From an uncultured Pseudomonadota bacterium (lineage in GTDB: Bacteria; Myxococcota_A; Polyangia; Polyangiales; Sandaracinaceae), in the NCBI GenBank assembly GCA_963832725.1, contig CAWHVG010000001.1, positions 1,389,928-1,453,927 of the forward strand: 64,000 nucleotides of DNA. The letters run 5' to 3'. Positions 10,634 to 21,208 of this stretch are shown in pieces. How positions within the stretch are numbered: the stretch's first letter is position 1; every line of letters starts with the position of its first letter. A model generated the notes under the pieces. The model saw only the letters and a program-made list of their open reading frames with translations, ran no database searches and was not told the origin of the DNA. The translations under genes were made by a program, and so were the position numbers.

Positions 10634-10818
10634 GGCGGCTGCACCACCTCCGACGCGACACCGACGAGCCCCGGACGAGCACGGGCCTCGGAACATGGTC
10701 CGCGGTCACCTGACGCGAGTCCCGGCAGCCCGCGCGACCGACGAGCGCCGAGCCGCCATCGACGTTCACCGCCCGGTGCAGCCGATCCTCGCCGCCCGCG
10801 CGGGCGTGGCCGACGAGC

Positions 10819-11538
10819 TCAGAGCGGGATCGGCACCACGCGCCCGCTCGGCCCCCCCGATGGCTCCCGGGGGGCCGAGCAGCTGTCGCGCAGGCGCGCG
10901 GCCCCGCGCCGGCGGAGCGTGGCGATGTCCGGGAACCTCACCCCGCTCGGTGCCGGCGGATGCGCCTCGCCGGTGCGCAGCGCATCGCGCACCAGGTGGA
11001 AGAGGTGGCCGCGCACCGGGACACGCTCGAGGTCGAGGCTGGGCACGAGCGGGGGACCCGCGAGGCATTGGGGAGGGTCGTGCGCGACCACCGCGACGTA
11101 GTGGTAGAAGCCGCGCGCGAGCTCGAGGTCCATGATGCCGACCCGGTGCAGGGCGGGGGGCGCGTCACCGTTCAGGTCGGACGGGACGACGAAGAGCCGA
11201 TGCCACCCGGGCGGACGCCTGAGCGCGGTCCAAGAGCCCGGTGAGAGGCGCGCGAGCAGCTCGCCATCCGAGTCGACCACGTCGACCCAGGAGTGCACCC
11301 ACGTCAGCCGGTGCCGCCAGCGCTCGGGGGGACACGGGCGGGGGAGGTAACTGTAGCAAGGCCCACGTCTCGACACGGGTCGGTGCCACGACGTCTGCGG
11401 GTAGACCAGCACCAGCACTGCCGCGTCCTCGCGGGAGAGGGCGCGGAGCGAGATGGGGGTGGTTCCCACTCGCCGGACGGGCATACACGCCACCAGCAAG
11501 CAGGCCGCGATCGCCAGCGCCGCCCGGATCGAACGCAC
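10819..11538 (-). CDS. lipoprotein, unknown function
   Basis: ORF 10819..11577. Signal and lipobox VRSIRAALAIAACLLVAC. Only TTG/GTG starts are available, so the start is uncertain. Confidence 0.55.
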   Translation of the reverse strand: MRSIRAALAIAACLLVACMPVRRVGTTPISLRALSREDAAVLVLVYPQTSWHRPVSRRGPCYSYLPRPCPPERWRHRLTWVHSWVDVVDSDGELLARLSPGSWTALRRPPGWHRLFVVPSDLNGDAPPALHRVGIMDLELARGFYHYVAVVAHDPPQCLAGPPLVPSLDLERVPVRGHLFHLVRDALRTGEAHPPAPSGVRFPDIATLRRRGAARLRDSCSAPREPSGGPSGRVVPIPL

Positions 11539-11696
11539 TTCGCCGTTGAATCTGACACGGGAGACATCGCCCACCAAGGCAGGCGCTCGGAACCTCCGGG
11601 CCCGCTCGAACCGTCGTGTACGAGGGCACCATGGCGTTCGGTGGCGGCGACTGCGATCCTCATCACGTGAGGCTCGGGCTCGGAGCAGAGGGTGGG

Positions 11697-12887
11697 ATGG
11701 ACGTCACGCGTCCGCTCGTGCTCGCGGGCTGCTCGACCGGAGCCGCCGCCGCGCTCCCGCCCTTGATCGCTCTCGCGCTCGCCTGGGCCACGCCCAGCTT
11801 CGCGGCAGCTCAGCGCGTCCCGCCCCCGCCGGCGCGGCTCGGCAGTTGCGCCACCGTCGATGAGGTGCACGCCTGCCTCGACCTCGATAGCGACATCGAC
11901 CCGGCGGCGCTCGCGTCCGCGATTCAGTCCACGCTCGGGCCCGACGTTCATCACCTGACGTTCACCCTGCAGGGCATCGACGAGGTCGTCGTGGACGCGC
12001 GCGCTCGAGCGGGGATGGCCCCCCTGCGCATGCACATGTTCCTCGACCGGTCGATCGACCGCGTTCGAGTCATCGCGCTCGCGTTCGCTCGAGCCCGCAC
12101 ACGACGACAGGCGGACGCCGAGCCCTTCGTCGACGAGCGGCCCCACGTCACCCCGAACGATGCACCGACGTGGTTCCCGATGCGCTCGCGACGCGCCCCA
12201 CCGGCGGGGCTCTTCATGCTCACCGCGCGGCTGCGCGGGATGGCCGCGGTCGATCGGGTGGGCATGGCGCTCGGCGGGGACGCGACGCTCGAGTACGCCC
12301 CGGTCGACCACCTCGTGCTCGGCGTCACCGCGCTGGTTCCCTACGTCTCGTTGGGCACGAACATCGCGAACGGCCGCGTCGGTCTGGGCGCGCTCGGGGA
12401 AGCGCGCCTCGAGTCGGACGTCGGCGCGCTCGGTGTCTACGGCGGTGTCATCACGCTCGCTCGGACCGGGGCCCCGGCCGCGGGCGTGATCGGCTTTCGC
12501 GCCCGGTACGGCCCCTACGACTTCATCCACTTCGAGCTCCACGGGTCGTTGCTGCTCAGCCCCCAGTACGGCGTGTTGCTCGGCCAGGCGGGCGGAGAAG
12601 TCCTGCTCGAGGTCGGAGCGCAATGGGAGCTGATGGCCCTCCGCGTCGACGTGGCGCCCGAGCTCGGCTGGGTGCGCGCGGAGGCCGGCGTCCGCTTCTT
12701 CCCGGACGGGCTGGCGGGGCGCGAGGCCGGTCACTTCGGGATCGAGATCACCGCCGGCGCACAGGCGCTCGATTTCCAGGAGAGCTGCGGCTTCTCGCCG
12801 TGCACACGCCCGGGCGCGAGCGCTCCCCAACGCGATTGGATGTACGGGCCCGTCGTCGGCATCGGCCTGCTGGAACGCTTCCGCTGA
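11697..12887 (+). CDS. secreted beta-strand-rich protein (possible outer-membrane beta-barrel)
   Basis: ORF 11616..12887. MDVTRPLVLAG...ALALAWATPSFAAAQ looks like a signal peptide. The C-terminal half has alternating hydrophobic/G-rich strands. No recognisable family. Confidence 0.5.
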   Translation: MDVTRPLVLAGCSTGAAAALPPLIALALAWATPSFAAAQRVPPPPARLGSCATVDEVHACLDLDSDIDPAALASAIQSTLGPDVHHLTFTLQGIDEVVVDARARAGMAPLRMHMFLDRSIDRVRVIALAFARARTRRQADAEPFVDERPHVTPNDAPTWFPMRSRRAPPAGLFMLTARLRGMAAVDRVGMALGGDATLEYAPVDHLVLGVTALVPYVSLGTNIANGRVGLGALGEARLESDVGALGVYGGVITLARTGAPAAGVIGFRARYGPYDFIHFELHGSLLLSPQYGVLLGQAGGEVLLEVGAQWELMALRVDVAPELGWVRAEAGVRFFPDGLAGREAGHFGIEITAGAQALDFQESCGFSPCTRPGASAPQRDWMYGPVVGIGLLERFR

Positions 12888-13515
12888 AGCGAAGCGCAGA
12901 CGCGTAGAACCTCTCGAACCGAGGCTCTTCGGCTCGCGCGAGAGCGCCCCACGCGATGGACGCCGGCGGCGGCCAATCGGCCGCGCGACGACCCGGCGGC
13001 GGTCGAGCTCCCTCCGGCCGACGCGCGCTGCGCCAGCGACGGGTCGCGAACGCTCCCCGCGCCGTCCGCCGGTTCAACCGAGCGTTCCGAGCGCTTCGGA
13101 CCACGTCCCGCGGGTCGAGCCAATCTCCAGAAGGGTTCGCGCGTGGGGGCTGGAGCCCGAGGCAGGACGCGCGCGCTTCGCCGGCACCTGCCGGCGCGTC
13201 GGAAGGCCAGCGAGCGCTTCCGAAGGGCCACTTCCGTTCCAGCTCGGGCCGCGAAGGGGTCGCGAGCCTCACTCGAAGCGCAGAACGAGCCGCGAAGGCT
13301 TCGCCGGTGCCGGTCGACCCGCCGGACGGGTCGCGAAGGCCTCTCTCACCGGTTTCGTTCCGAAGGGGCGCGTCGAGCACTTCCGGACCCGCACTTCAGC
13401 GTGAAGTGACACGACCGAAGCGCTGTCTATCCCCGTTTGGTGACACGCAAACTGGGGCTATTCTCGCGCGCCGATCGATGGTGCCATGGTGAGCACACGA
13501 AAGGAGCGCTCTGCG

Positions 13516-14491
13516 ATGGCGAATGTGTCGGCGTTGGTGGTGAGTTGGACGATGGTGATCCGGACGGTGGTGACATCCATCCGGCACAACTCGGACGTGG
13601 TCGCGTCCGGTGCCGAGGCGGTCTTCTACCCCGACGGCCCTCCGGAGAGCGGGCGCTTACGCGCGCTCCTCATCGCGATGGCCGATACGTTGGAACGCCT
13701 CCTCGAGGAGCTCGCCACGCGTGAGAAGGAGCTCGAGATGGAGCGCGGCGACGACCCTGCCGTCCGCGAGGACGACCGAAGCGCCTACTCCGCGCTCCGC
13801 GCGCGGATCATTCGCACCCGCTCGATCATCGATGGCGCGTTCGGTCCCGCCATCGCCGCCAAGCTCGGCTTCACGGGCGAGACGCCCGAGAACGAAGACG
13901 CGCTCGCGCAGTACGCCGGCACGGCGATCGAGGCGCTCCGCGCGGGTGTGCTTCCGGAGCCCGGCGACGACGGCGTCACGATCGACGCCGGCCGCTTGGC
14001 CGATCAGAATCGAGGCGGACTCGACGGCCCTGAAGAACGCACAGCGCGCGGTGGCCGAAGAGGTGCGTCAGGCGCAGACGGCCATCACGGCGCGAGACGA
14101 CGCGGAAGCCACGCTGCGCGGCGCCTACGTCGGCATCGCCGACACGTTCACCGCGTGGGCCCTCCTCGCGGGCCGCCCGGACATCGCCGATCGGGTCCGG
14201 CCCACCGCGCGCCGTCGCGCGGGGCTGCCCGAGGCGACCGACTCCGAGTCCTCCGGCGCCACCCAACCCACCGCCACCCCGGGCACGGGGCCCAAGACAC
14301 CGGAGGCCAGAGCACCGGAGGCCAGAGCACCGGAGCCCAGAGCACCGGAGCCCAGGGCGGGAGCGCTCCGTCCGGCGCCGAGAAGAAGCTCGTCGACGGA
14401 TCCACCGGCGGCTGACCCGCAGGGGCCAGAGGCCCCGAACGATGGGCGTGCCGCCCGATCCGCGGCACGCCCATCATCCGTCTCCACCTGA
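13516..14491 (+). CDS. hypothetical protein with P/E/A/R repeat tail; frame broken at 14007-14011
   Basis: AAGGAG sits 10 nt upstream of ATG 13516. The N-part is in the frame of ORF 13486.. and the C-part in ORF 13610..14491 (IEADSTALKNAQRAVAEEV...). Removing one A of GAATC gives GRLADQIEADST. Confidence 0.55.
14300..14359. repeat. 15-bp x4 in-frame tandem repeat (PEARA/PEPRA)
   Basis: ccggaggccagagca x2, then ccggagcccagagca and ccggagcccagggcg. Confidence 0.85.
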
Positions 14492-14654
14492 GCGGCGGCC
14501 TCGACGCTCGCCTGCGGTGGGTGGACTCTCGCGAGGTCGATCGCCACGAGGACGACGAGACGCGCGTCCGCGTCGAACGCGAGCTCCGTGCGCGAGGCGG
14601 GCCGGACGCGAGCCGGGGCTTTTCGGAGGGGCGCCCGCGCGGTAAGCCTGGCCG

Positions 14655-16338
14655 ATGCTCGAGGAGCCCTCTGTGCCCGATCCGGCGGCGCCCATCGTCA
14701 ACGTGGCCGCGCACCTCCCGCGCGTGGCGGCCGCGCAGCCCTATGCGCCGGCCATCTTCGCGCCCGACGGGCACGACCGCCGCGGCCGCACGCGCTACAC
14801 GCACCTCACCTACCGGCAGCTCGACGAGGCCAGCGATCGCATCGCCCGCGGGCTGCACGCCGTCGGCATCGAGCGAGGCACCCGGGTGGCGCTGATGGTG
14901 CGCCCCTCGCTCGAGCTCTTCAGCCTGACCTTCGGCCTCTTCAAAGCGGGCGCGGTGCCGGTGCTGATCGACCCGGGCATCGGCCTCGGCAACATGAAGT
15001 CCTGCCTGGCCCGGGCCCGTCCCGAGGCGTTCATCGGCATCCCCGCCGCCCAGCTCGCGCGTTTGGTGCTGCGCTGGGGTAAGGGCACCATCCGCACCGT
15101 CATCACCGTCGGCCCGCGCGGCCCCTGGCTGAGCCTCGACGAGGTGGAGCGGCGCGGTCGAAGCACCGGCGACGCGCTCGCGCCGACCGCCCCCGACGAT
15201 CTCGCCGCCATCCTCTTCACCAGCGGGAGCACCGGCGCGCCCAAGGGCGCCGTCTACACCCACGGCAACTTCGCCGCCCAGGTCGACGCCATCCGGCGCA
15301 TGTACGACATCCGGCCCGGCGAGGTGGATCTCCCGACCTTCCCCCTCTTCGCGCTCTTCGATCCGGCGCTCGGGATGACGACGGTGATCCCGGACATGGA
15401 TCCGACGCGCCCCGCCCAGGCCGATCCGGAAAAGATCGCGCGCGCCATCGACGACTTCGGCGTGACCAACATGTTCGGCTCGCCCGCGCTCTTGAACACG
15501 CTCTCCCGCTGGGGCGAGGCCGAGGGCGTCCGCCTGCGCTCGCTGCGGCGGGTGATCAGCGCCGGCGCGCCCGTCCCGGCCCGGGTCATGGCCCGCGTGC
15601 GCGGCATGCTCTCGTCCGACGCCGCGGTCGTGACCCCCTACGGCGCGACCGAGTGCCTGCCGGTGGCCAGCATCGAGAGCCGCGAGGTGCTGGGCGAGAC
15701 GGCGGCGCGCACCGACGAAGGCGCCGGCGTCTGCGTCGGCCGGCCGGTGCCCGAGGCCGAGGTGTCGATCATCTCGATCACCGACGCGCCCATCGTGCGC
15801 TGGAGCGACGCACGGGTGCTCGGGCCCGGCGAGATCGGCGAGATCACCGTCCGCGGGCCGATGGCGACGCGGCGCTACTTCGAGGACGCGCACCACACGG
15901 CGCTGGCGAAGATCGAGGGCGACGAAGGCGAAGGGTTTCGCCACCGCATGGGCGACCTCGGCTACCTCGACGACCAAGGCCGCCTCTGGTTCTGCGGCCG
16001 GAAGAGCCAGCGGGTCGAGCTCGCGGACCGCACGCTCTTCACCATCCCCTGCGAGGCCGTGTTCAACGCGCACCCCGACGTCTTCCGGAGCGCGCTGGTC
16101 GCCGTCGAGCGAGCGGGCCGGCGCCAACCGGTCGTCTGCGTCGAGCTCGAGCGGCAGGCGACGCGGCAGAGAAGCGAAAGTGCTGAGCGAGCTGCGCGAG
16201 CGCGCCAGAGCCCACGACCACACGCGCGAGCTCGACACCTTCCTGGTCCACCCGGGCTTCCCGGTCGACATCCGCCACAACGCGAAGATCCGGCGCGAGG
16301 CGCTGGCGCGCTGGGCGAGCGAGCAGCGCGCGCGATGA
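14655..16338 (+). CDS. oleC: OleC, AMP-dependent ligase family (beta-lactone synthetase); frame broken near 16145-16175
   Basis: FTSGSTGAPKG and YGATE adenylation motifs. The true C-terminus KVLSELRERARAHDHTRELDTFLVHPGFPVDIRHNAKIRREALARWAS is in the +1 frame and ends at TGA 16336-16338. The long ORF 14655..17327 is a frame-shift fusion with oleD. Confidence 0.85.
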
Positions 16339-17327
16339 AGGTCTTGGTGACCGGCGGCGGCGGCTTCCTCGGCGGCGCGGTCGTGGAGCGATTGATCGCG
16401 CGCGGCCACGAGGTGCGGAGCTTCAGCCGCGGCCGCTACCCTGCGCTCGACGCGCTCGGCGTCGAGCACGCGCGCGGCGATCTGGCCGACGCGGGCACGG
16501 TGCGGGAGGCGGCCAGCGGCTGCGACGCCGTCGTGCACACGGCGGCCAAGGCGGGCGTGTGGGGCGAGGACGAGGACTACCGGCGCGCCAACGTAGTCGG
16601 GACGGAGAACGTGCTGGCGGCCTGCCGCGCGGCGGGCGTCTCGAAGCTCGTGTACACCAGCACACCGAGCGTCGTGCACCAGGGCGGCGATCTCGAGGGC
16701 GGCGACGAGTCGCTCCCCTACACGACGCACCCGTCGACGGCGTACCAGGCCACCAAGACCGAGGCCGAGAAGGCCGTGCTGGCGGCGAAGAGCCCGTCGC
16801 TGTCCGTGGTGGCGCTGCGGCCGCATCTCGTCTGGGGGCCGGGCGATCCGCATCTGGTTCCGCGCATCATCGCGCGCGGTCGTCGTGGCCTCATCGCGCT
16901 CCCCGGCGGCGGCCGAGCCCGCATCGATACCATCTACGTCGACAACGCCGCCGACGCGCACCTGGCCGCGCTCGACCGCCTCGAGCCCGGCGCCGCCTGC
17001 GACGGGAAGGCCTACTTCATCACCAACGGCGACCCGCGGCCGACCCGCGAGATCGTGCTCGGCATCCTCCGCGCGGCCGGCATCGACGCCCGCGTGGTCC
17101 CGGTCTCACGCCGCCTCGCCCACGCGGCAGGCGCCGCCATGGAGACGGCGTTCCGGCTCGCCGCCATCGAGCACGAACCGCCCCTGACCCGCTTCGTGGC
17201 CGAGCAGCTCTCGACCTCGCACCACTTCCGCATCGACGCCGCGCGTCGCGATCTGGGCTGGACGCCGGTCGTCTCCATCGACGAGGGCCTCGAGCGCCTC
17301 GCCGCGTGGTTCGAGAGCCGCCGCTGA
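16335..17327 (+). CDS. oleD: OleD, NAD(P)-dependent 3-beta-HSD/epimerase family reductase
   Basis: MKVLVTGGGGFLGG Rossmann motif and YxxxK (YQATK). The ATG overlaps the oleC stop (ATGA). Confidence 0.85.
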   Translation: MKVLVTGGGGFLGGAVVERLIARGHEVRSFSRGRYPALDALGVEHARGDLADAGTVREAASGCDAVVHTAAKAGVWGEDEDYRRANVVGTENVLAACRAAGVSKLVYTSTPSVVHQGGDLEGGDESLPYTTHPSTAYQATKTEAEKAVLAAKSPSLSVVALRPHLVWGPGDPHLVPRIIARGRRGLIALPGGGRARIDTIYVDNAADAHLAALDRLEPGAACDGKAYFITNGDPRPTREIVLGILRAAGIDARVVPVSRRLAHAAGAAMETAFRLAAIEHEPPLTRFVAEQLSTSHHFRIDAARRDLGWTPVVSIDEGLERLAAWFESRR

Positions 17328-17395
17328 CGAGAGCTTCGGTCCGCCTCCCTCAGGGACCCCGAATCGGGGGAGGGAGCTCATGCGCCCTCCACCGA

Positions 17396-17682
17396 TCAGG
17401 CCTCGCGGGCGGTCATGTCCTCGAGCTGGTGCTGGAGCTCGTCGAGGTTCTGCTGGTTCTCGGAGCGGCGCACGCCCAGGAGATAGGCAGCGGTACCGAC
17501 CAGGCAGGGCGTGCAGAGGAGCGCGTAATCGCCGCCGTCTGCCCCCACCCGTAGTAGGCGGGGACGGCGGTCAGCGCGAAGACCGAGAGCCAGGGCATGC
17601 GGCGCCAGTCCCGCTCGAGGATCTTCGCCTCACCGTGCAGGCGCTCAATCTCGCGCTCCACCAGCTCGCGTCGGCTCGCCAC
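17396..17682 (-). CDS. small two-TM protein with coiled-coil ends; frame broken in a C5 run at 17542-17546
   Basis: ORF 17413..17682 gives MASRRELVEREIERLHGEAKILERDWRRMPWLSVFALTAVPAYYGWG. The adjacent frame continues DGGDYALLCTPCLVGTAAYLLGVRRSENQQNLDELQHQLEDMTAREA and stops at 17396. Confidence 0.5.
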
Positions 17683-17763
17683 GGCGTGGGGTTTAGGTCA
17701 ACCGGCGACCGGGTCAAGCCAGCCGTTTACCCGGCGCGGGTTCTCGCGCATGATGCTCGGGCC

Positions 17764-18075
17764 ATGGAGCCGCAGGACCGCATCCTCTACGTCCAGATCC
17801 TCGCCCAGATGCTCATCGCCGACGGCGTGCTCGCCGACGACGAGCGCGCCCACCTCGACCGCGTGATGGACGGCCTCGGGATGCCGCCCGAGGAGCGGCA
17901 GCAAGCCCTGCGCGGGGTGAGCATCGACAGCCCGGTCGAGGACCGCGTGCGCGCCCTCGGCGACGGCGCCAAGAAGGATCTGCTGGCCGAGGTCGAGAAG
18001 GCCCTCCACATCGACGGCCAGCTGACGCGCTCGGAGGCGTACTTCCTCGAGCGCGTGCAGAAGCTCCTGAGCTGA
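17764..18075 (+). CDS. TerB-like (tellurite-resistance TerB family) domain protein
   Basis: MEPQDRILYVQILAQMLIADGVLADDERAHLDRVMDGLGMPPEE... matches the TerB-type helical motif. ATG 17764 lies inside ORF 17380..18075. Confidence 0.6.
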   Translation: MEPQDRILYVQILAQMLIADGVLADDERAHLDRVMDGLGMPPEERQQALRGVSIDSPVEDRVRALGDGAKKDLLAEVEKALHIDGQLTRSEAYFLERVQKLLS

Positions 18076-18084
18076 GCCACGGCC

Positions 18085-20104
18085 TTGCGCCGCGTCCCCG
18101 TCCTCGCGTTCGTCTTCCTCGGCGCGGTCCTCCTCTTCACCCTCGAGCCGCTGGTCGGCCGCCTCCTGCTGCCGCGCTTCGGCGGCGCGTTCCACGTCTG
18201 GACGACGGCCCTGATGTTCTTTCAGGGCGCGCTCTTCGTGGGCTACCTCTACGCGCACCTGATCGCGCCGCGGATCGGCCGCTGGCACCTGCTGGTCATC
18301 GCCCTGCCCGCGCTCCTCTTGCCGCCGTCGATCGGCGACGGAGCCGCCGGCGTGGCGAGCGTGCCGGCCATCCTCGCGCTGCTCCTCCGCTACATCGCCC
18401 TCCCCTTCGTGGTCCTGTCCACGACGGCGGTGGTGGCCCAGCGCTGGTGGGCGCGGATGGGACGCGAGCCCTACGCGCTCTACGCCGTCAGCAACGCCGG
18501 CTCGTTGGGCGCGCTCTTCCTCTACGCGCTGGCGGTGGAGCCCTTCGTCGGGCTGCACGTGCAGCGGCTCGCCTGGACCGGCGCTCTACGCCGTCTTCGC
18601 CGTCCTCGCCGTGCTGGCTTGGCGCACGACCCACGGCGCGGGCACCCAGGACGCAGAGGAGGACGCGACCGCCCCGGCCGAGCCCGTCCGCGCCGGCACC
18701 CTGGCCTACTGGGCGCTCCTGAGCGCCGCGCCCTCGGCGTTCTCGATGGCGGTCACCAACCTGATCGCGCTCGAGGCCGGGAGCATCCCGCTGGTCTGGG
18801 TCGTGCCGCTGGCGATCTACCTCGGCAGCTTCGTGGTCGCGTTCGCGAGCCCGAAAAAGGGCGATCCCGCCGGCACGCGCGTTCCCGGACTGGTCCGTCG
18901 CCTGTGGCCGCACGTCGCCGCCGTCGGCATCTTCTTCTTCAGCGGCGGGGACGCCGGCGGTGGCTGGATCGACGTCGCCGTCCACCTGGTCACGCTGGCG
19001 TTCGTGTCGCTGGCGGCGCACGGCGAGCTCTACCGGGCCCGCCCGGAGCCCGCGCGCCTGACCCTCTACTACCTGGTCATCGCGCTCGGCGGCTGGGCCG
19101 GCGGCGCGTTCGTGGCGCTCTTGGCGCCGTGGCTCTTCCGCGGGCTCTACGAGTACCCGATCGCGCTGGCCGTCCTGGCGCTGACCATGATGGTCGGCCG
19201 CCGGCGCGAGCTCCGCGCCTGGCTGAAGACCTCGCCCGTCGGCGGGCTCGTGGCGTCGGCCGCGCTGGTCGCGGTCATCGTCCTGAAGATCGGCCAGGCC
19301 TCGATGGACAGCGACCCCAGCGAGACCCTGGAGGTGCGCCGCAGCTTCTACGGCCTCTACCGGGTCACCCGCACGCCGCGGGGCGACGGCGCCATCCGCG
19401 ATCTGGTCAGCGGCACCACCCGCCACGGCCGCCAGCGCGAGGGCGATCTCACGCCGCTGAGCTACTACCACCCGCGCGGCCCGCTCGGCGACGCGATGCG
19501 GATGGTGCAGCCCGAACGGGTCGGCGTGGTCGGCCTCGGCGTGGGTGCGACGGCGGCGCACCTCGAGCGGGGCGAGCGCATCCGCTACTTCGAGATCGAT
19601 CCGGCGGTGGTCGAGCTGGCGCGGCGCCACTTCACGTATTTGAGCGGGACGACGGCCGAGGTGGACGTGGTGATCGGCGACGCGCGCGTCTCGCTCGAGC
19701 ACGAGACCCGGCGCGGCGCCCCGGAGTACGACCTGCTCCTGGTGGACGCCTTCGCGGGCGACGCCATCCCGACCCACCTGGTCACGGTGGAGGCGATGCG
19801 CGTGTACCTCTCGCGCCTGCGGGACGGCGGCCTGCTCCTGCTCCACACCTCGAACCGCTACTACGATCTGCGCGGGGTCCTCGCCGCCAACGCCCGCGTG
19901 CTGGGGCTTCAGGGGATGGTCGTCTCACGCGCCGATCACCTGGCGCGGGATCAGGACGGCGCCCAGTACGTCGCGCTGGCCCGCCGTGCGGAGACGCTGG
20001 CGCCGCTGCGCGAGGACGGCTGGAGCCCCCTGATGCGAACGCCCGCGGCCGGCGCCTGGACCGACGACCGGATCAACGTGCTCGAAGCCCTCTTCGCGCC
20101 CTGA
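18085..20104 (+). CDS. polytopic membrane protein fused to spermidine-synthase-like methyltransferase fold; frame broken near 18578-18586
   Basis: The N-terminal TM region (ORF 18085.., TTG start) continues in ORF 18611..20104 as LYAVFAVLAVLAW. The C-terminus has VGVVGLGVGATAAHL, DLLLVDAFAGDAIPTHL and a spermidine-synthase-like core. Confidence 0.7.
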
Positions 20105-20312
20105 CGACCACAGGAGGCGCGCGAAGCCCTCCGCGTGCCGCGGCGCCGACGAGGCCACGGGCGCGAACCCTCCACGTCATTCCCCCGGGGCCACACGCGC
20201 GCCGAGCCCTCCGAGCGACCCGACGACGACCGCGCCCAGGCGTGCGAAGCCCTCCGCGTGCGTCGAACCGGGACCGTTGCACCGCGCGACAGCGGTGGCT
20301 ATGTGCCACGGC

Positions 20313-20849
20313 ATGGCGAAAGACGGACTCAAGCGGACGCTCGACACCACCTTCGAGGACGCGCGCGATCGCGTGACGGCCAGCCTGGCGGACCAGGGCT
20401 TCGGCGTGCTCACCCGGATCGACGTCAAGGAGACGCTGAAGAAGAAGCTCGGCGAGGACTTCCGTCGCTACGAGATCCTGGGCGCGTGCAACCCGAAGCT
20501 CGCCCACGAGGCGCTCTCGGAGAGCCTCGAGGTGGGCACGCTGCTGCCGTGCAACGTCATCGTCTACGAGGAGGACGAAGGCCACAGCGTCATCTGGGCC
20601 GTGGACCCGGACGCGATGATGCCGGGCGACGCGCCAGCGCTGCGCAAGGTGGCGGACGAAGCACGGGACCGGCTCACCAAGGCCATCGCCGCTGCCGATG
20701 CGCCGCCTGATCGGCGCCCGCGCCGCCAGCACGCGAAAGCCCGCGAGGACGAGAGGTCCCGCGGGCTCGGCGCAGCGCGATCCGACCTTCAGCCGAGGGA
20801 GCGCGCGGCCTGGTTCGCGATGCTGACCTGCTCGTTCAGCGTCAGGTAG
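20313..20849 (+). CDS. DUF302 domain protein (3' end uncertain)
   Basis: GFGVLTRIDVKETLKKKLGEDFRRYEILGACNP is the DUF302 core. The R-rich 50-aa tail overlaps the convergent TM2 gene by about 60 nt, which suggests a missed stop or an indel. Confidence 0.6.
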   Translation: MAKDGLKRTLDTTFEDARDRVTASLADQGFGVLTRIDVKETLKKKLGEDFRRYEILGACNPKLAHEALSESLEVGTLLPCNVIVYEEDEGHSVIWAVDPDAMMPGDAPALRKVADEARDRLTKAIAAADAPPDRRPRRQHAKAREDERSRGLGAARSDLQPRERAAWFAMLTCSFSVR

Positions 20850-21208
20850 TCGTACACGTAGCCGACGCCGAGCAGGCCGCCGCTGAACATCCAGATCAAC
20901 CCGCTCGCCCACTTGCCGAGGTAGAGCCGGTGTAGGCCGAGCACGCCGAAGTAGGTCTGCAGCAGCCAGGCGACGTCGTAGCTGTACGGCCCGTCGTAGT
21001 AGCGGCGCTGCGCCGAGCGCGCGAGCACGGGCATCCACACGAGATCGAAGAGCCAACCAATCCCGAGCAGGCCCAGCGTGCACAGGTAGACGACGCCGCT
21101 GACTTTCTTGCCGTAGTAGAAGCGGTGCGCGCCGAGGAACCCGAAGAGCCAGAGCAGGTACCCCACCAGCACCGAGTGACTGTCGTTGCGCTCGTTCGTC
21201 TCGCTCAT
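20789..21208 (-). CDS. TM2 domain-containing membrane protein
   Basis: MSETNERND... carries two copies of the GxLGxHRFYxGK TM2 motif (GFLGAHRFYYGK, GVLGLHRLYLGK). GGAGG lies upstream of ATG 21208. Confidence 0.75.
   Translation of the reverse strand: MSETNERNDSHSVLVGYLLWLFGFLGAHRFYYGKKVSGVVYLCTLGLLGIGWLFDLVWMPVLARSAQRRYYDGPYSYDVAWLLQTYFGVLGLHRLYLGKWASGLIWMFSGGLLGVGYVYDYLTLNEQVSIANQAARSLG

Noticed and set aside
5036-10713. Very long ORFs on both strands (5036..9871 minus, 1611 aa; 5323..10713 plus, 1796 aa) overlapping the M48 gene
   Set aside because: Their translations are Arg/Ala/Gly/Pro-rich low-complexity strings with no motifs, as expected from stop-codon scarcity in high-GC DNA. The 5266..9099 frame has real motifs (HEFGH, TM helices). 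The same reasoning rejects 14148..16961(-), 21205..23877(-), 36786..39032(-), 38414..40597(-), 52546..55920(+), 44781..46859(+) and similar ORFs.
14655-17327. Single 890-aa ORF that looks like a natural OleC-OleD fusion
   Set aside because: The OleC-specific C-terminus (FPVDIRHNAKI…) is encoded in the +1 frame and ends with TGA overlapping the oleD ATG (ATGA). The in-frame linker of the long ORF is Arg/Pro-rich nonsense. The fusion is a frame-shift artefact.
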